DNA of 64,000 nt from Candidatus Bathyarchaeia archaeon (GTDB taxonomy: Archaea; Thermoproteota; Bathyarchaeia; Bathyarchaeales; Bathycorpusculaceae), in NCBI GenBank assembly GCA_038817995.1, contig JAWAZC010000003.1:1664-65663 (forward strand), read 5' to 3'. The notes below the pieces were generated by a model, which saw nothing but the letters and a program-made list of their open reading frames with translations, did not search any database and was not told where the DNA came from. Shown one piece after another: positions 61,550 through 64,000 of this stretch. The translations under genes were made by a program, and so were the position numbers. How positions within the stretch are numbered: position 1 is the first letter of the stretch; every line of letters begins with the position of its first letter.

Positions 61550-63673
61550 TCACCGGGCTGCCACGGCTTGAGGCGTAATAATAGCTTTTTCAAAGGTTCT
61601 GCGCATGGCGAATTCAGCTTGTTTTCCGTCGTTCCACTGGTCTACTGGGCGGAGGTAGCCCACAACCCGCGAGTAAACTTCACATCTGGCTCCGCATTTG
61701 GGACACTGTCTGTGTTCGCCGCTCAAGTAGCCGTGGGTTGGACAAACGCTGAAGGTAGGCGTCAACGAGAAGTATGGCATACGGAAGTTCCAAGTCACCT
61801 TGCGGATGAGCTCCGCAGCAGACTTCCACGAGTGCAGGCGTTCTCCAAGATAAATGTGGAAAACAGTTCCACCCGTGTAAAGTGGTTGAAGCTTGTCTTG
61901 ATGTTCCAACGCCTCAAAAAGGTCCCCTTCATAGTCCACTGGCAACTGGGTCGAGTTTGTATAGAAGGGTTCGGCGCCTTTGGACAAGTACTTTTCGTTA
62001 GCCACTATTATGTCAGGGTACTTGCGTTTGTCTATGCGGGCTAGACGGTAGCTGGCACCTTCGGCTGGCGTAGCCTCTAGATTGTAAATGTTACCCGTTT
62101 CCTCTTGAAAGTCGGCGAGTTTTTCCCTCATGAAGTTTAACACTTTCACTGCAAATTCGAGGCCTTCAGGCGTGGCTATGCTGTATCCGAAAAGGTTTAG
62201 GATAGCCTCATTCATACCCACTAAGCCTATGGTTGAAAAGTGGTTCTTCCAGTACTTCCCAAATGTTTCTTTCACGCCACGGAGGTACCGCTTCGAGTAT
62301 GGGTATAGGCCTTTCTCCGTGAACTGTTCCAGCACCTTGCGTTTTATTTCCAAGCTGTCTTTAGCGAGTTCCATGAGCATCTCCAAACGTTCAAAAAATT
62401 CGTCTTCATCTTTGGCTAAGTAGCCGATTCTTGGAAGGTTTATGGTTACAACGCCAATGCTGCCTGTCAGCGGGTTAGCTCCGAAAAAGCCTCCGCCGCG
62501 TTTGCGGAGTTCCCTGTTGTCTATTCTTAGGCGGCAGCACATACTTCGAACGTCTTCGGGTTTCATGTCGCTGTTCACAAAGTTTGAGAAGTAAGGCGCG
62601 CCATACTTGGCGGCTACTTCGAAGATTTTCTGGGAAACAGGCGAACCCCAATCGAAGTCTTTTGTTATGCAGTATGTCGGTATTGGAAACGTGAAAACTC
62701 TTCCCTTAGCGTCGCCTTTACTGAGGACTTCTGCAAAAGCCAAGTTGAACATTTCCAGTTCCTTCTCCATGTCGCCATAGGTCGCGTCCATAACTTTTCC
62801 GCCGATTATGACCGGCTCGTCCTTCATGAAGTCTGGCACTTCCAAGTCCAAAGTGACGTTTGTAAACGGCGTCTGAAAACCCACACGAGTTGGCACATTC
62901 ATGTTGAAGAAGAATTCTTGAAGGGCTTGCTCGACTTCTTTTTGGCTTAGATCATCATAGCGAATGAAAGGCGCCAGGTAAGTGTCAAAGTTTGAGAAAG
63001 CTTGGGCGCCGGCCGCCTCGCCCTGCAACGTGTAGAAAAAGTTTACCACTTGGCCTAAGGCTGTTCTGAAGTGCTTGGCCGGCGTGCTTTCAATTTTGCC
63101 TGGCACACCACCAAAACCGGTTAGTAACAGATCCTTTATATCCCAGCCAACGCAGTAGGGCCCTAGAACTCCGAGATCGTGGATATGAAAGTCTCCTGAT
63201 ATGTGGGCTTCAGCTACGTTGGGCGGGTATATGCGGCTCATCCAGTATTTGGCGATGACGGTCGAGGATAGGTAATTGTTTAAGCCCTGCAGCGAATAAC
63301 TCATGTTGGAGTTTTCTTTAACCCGCCAGTCCTCCATCTCTAAATACTGGTCCACAAGGTCTGCTTGACTCAATAGGGCTGCTAGTTCCCGTATGTCTTG
63401 GTGCTGCTTACGGTAAAGAATGTAGGCTTTAGCGGTCCGTGCATGTCCGTTCTCTATTAAAACTTTCTCCACAACGTCTTGAATTTCTTCAACCGTCGGG
63501 ACACCGTCTTCGCCGAACCGCTTTTTAAGCTCGGCGACCACTTGGTCGCTTAACCGTTTAGCCAATTCACGATCTTTTCCACCAACCGCCTTAGCAGCTT
63601 TCCAAATGGCGTTTGTTATGCGTTCTTGATCGAAGGGTTCTAATCTACCATCCCGCTTTCTAACAAACTTCAA
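61550..63673 (-). CDS. nrdD: Anaerobic (class III) ribonucleoside-triphosphate reductase
   Basis: N-terminal ATP-cone (VRKRDGRLEPFDQERI...), a large barrel, C-terminal zinc site CPTHG...CPKCG, and the glycyl-radical motif SRVVGYLRPV. TTG start overlaps the nrdR stop (TTGA). Confidence 0.95.
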   Translation of the reverse strand: MKFVRKRDGRLEPFDQERITNAIWKAAKAVGGKDRELAKRLSDQVVAELKKRFGEDGVPTVEEIQDVVEKVLIENGHARTAKAYILYRKQHQDIRELAALLSQADLVDQYLEMEDWRVKENSNMSYSLQGLNNYLSSTVIAKYWMSRIYPPNVAEAHISGDFHIHDLGVLGPYCVGWDIKDLLLTGFGGVPGKIESTPAKHFRTALGQVVNFFYTLQGEAAGAQAFSNFDTYLAPFIRYDDLSQKEVEQALQEFFFNMNVPTRVGFQTPFTNVTLDLEVPDFMKDEPVIIGGKVMDATYGDMEKELEMFNLAFAEVLSKGDAKGRVFTFPIPTYCITKDFDWGSPVSQKIFEVAAKYGAPYFSNFVNSDMKPEDVRSMCCRLRIDNRELRKRGGGFFGANPLTGSIGVVTINLPRIGYLAKDEDEFFERLEMLMELAKDSLEIKRKVLEQFTEKGLYPYSKRYLRGVKETFGKYWKNHFSTIGLVGMNEAILNLFGYSIATPEGLEFAVKVLNFMREKLADFQEETGNIYNLEATPAEGASYRLARIDKRKYPDIIVANEKYLSKGAEPFYTNSTQLPVDYEGDLFEALEHQDKLQPLYTGGTVFHIYLGERLHSWKSAAELIRKVTWNFRMPYFSLTPTFSVCPTHGYLSGEHRQCPKCGARCEVYSRVVGYLRPVDQWNDGKQAEFAMRRTFEKAIITPQAVAAR

Positions 63674-64000
63674 GTTTTATTCACCTCTTGAAGCACGCGA
63701 CGGAAGTCTTCCGGTTCTTCGAATCGGCGATACACGGAGGCGAAGCGCACATAGGCTACGCGGTCAAGGTTTTTCAGGTGTTTCATAACTAGGTCGCCGA
63801 TTTCTTGGGAGGACACTTCTTCCTTGCCAAGCTGCATGAGCTCCTGCCTAACCTTTTCGGCTAGGGAGCGAATCTGCTCCATGGTTACTGGCCGTTTTTC
63901 GCAGGCTTTCTGTAAACCTCTAATGATTTTGTTTAGGTCGAAGCGTTCAAGTCTGCCGTCGCGTTTCCGCACCATCAGCTCAATAGCCTCCACATACTCG
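63670..64000 (-). CDS. nrdR: Transcriptional repressor NrdR, C-terminal ATP-cone part; the N-terminal zinc ribbon lies beyond the right edge
   Basis: VRKRDGRLERFDLNKIIRGLQKACEKRPVTMEQIRSLAEKV...EVSSQEIGDLVMKHLKNLDRVAYVRFASVYRRFEEPEDF closely follows the NrdR consensus as I recall it. The reading frame stays open upstream to the window edge (..EYVEAIELMV..). Confidence 0.8.
   Translation of the reverse strand, partial: EYVEAIELMVRKRDGRLERFDLNKIIRGLQKACEKRPVTMEQIRSLAEKVRQELMQLGKEEVSSQEIGDLVMKHLKNLDRVAYVRFASVYRRFEEPEDFRRVLQEVNKT

Noticed and set aside
1-64000. Search by eye for CRISPR arrays, IS elements or transposases, integrases, prophage genes, rRNA and tRNA genes
   Set aside because: I found no regularly spaced direct repeats, no transposase- or integrase-like ORFs, and no rRNA- or tRNA-like sequences. 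The intergenic regions are short (mostly under 260 nt). I cannot exclude small ncRNAs such as C/D-box sRNAs without a covariance-model search.

Overview
This is a densely packed, almost entirely protein-coding stretch of an archaeal chromosome. Archaeal markers include a histone-fold protein, ribosomal proteins eS25, eS17, eS1 and uS15, TiaS, split Kae1/Bud32 plus Pcc1, proteasome beta subunit, archaeal-type AlaRS, ArcTGT, Rpo5 and archaemetzincin. A TFE-beta/RPC34-like wHTH, an SmAP3-type LSm protein and the split Kae1/Bud32 suggest a TACK/Thermoproteota-like lineage, possibly Bathyarchaeia-like; this is inference only. I call about 77 CDS. Three are absent from or mis-delimited in the ORF track: a hypF fragment at the left edge, a 59-aa CooT-like ORF, and a short Pcc1 hidden inside an over-extended ORF. 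I recognised no rRNA, tRNA, CRISPR array, transposase or integrase. The content is mainly housekeeping: translation, tRNA modification, and NAD, molybdopterin and nucleotide-sugar metabolism. It also includes an etfBA-acd-thiolase-DUF35 operon, a serine/glycerate module and an nrdR-nrdD-nrdG operon. I do not see a clear multi-gene accessory or defence island. The most unusual items are: (1) a 182-aa Rpo5/RpoH whose N-terminal ~105 aa look like the eukaryote-type RPB5 N-terminal domain; (2) a bacterial-type NrdR coupled to nrdDG; (3) an orphan 351-aa protein with helical, PH/GRAM-like and zinc-ribbon parts; (4) a small A+T-richer orphan islet next to a macro-domain gene; (5) scattered nickel-handling genes (hypF, cbiM-PDGLE, cooT). 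All functional calls come from reading the translations by eye. No database search was run.
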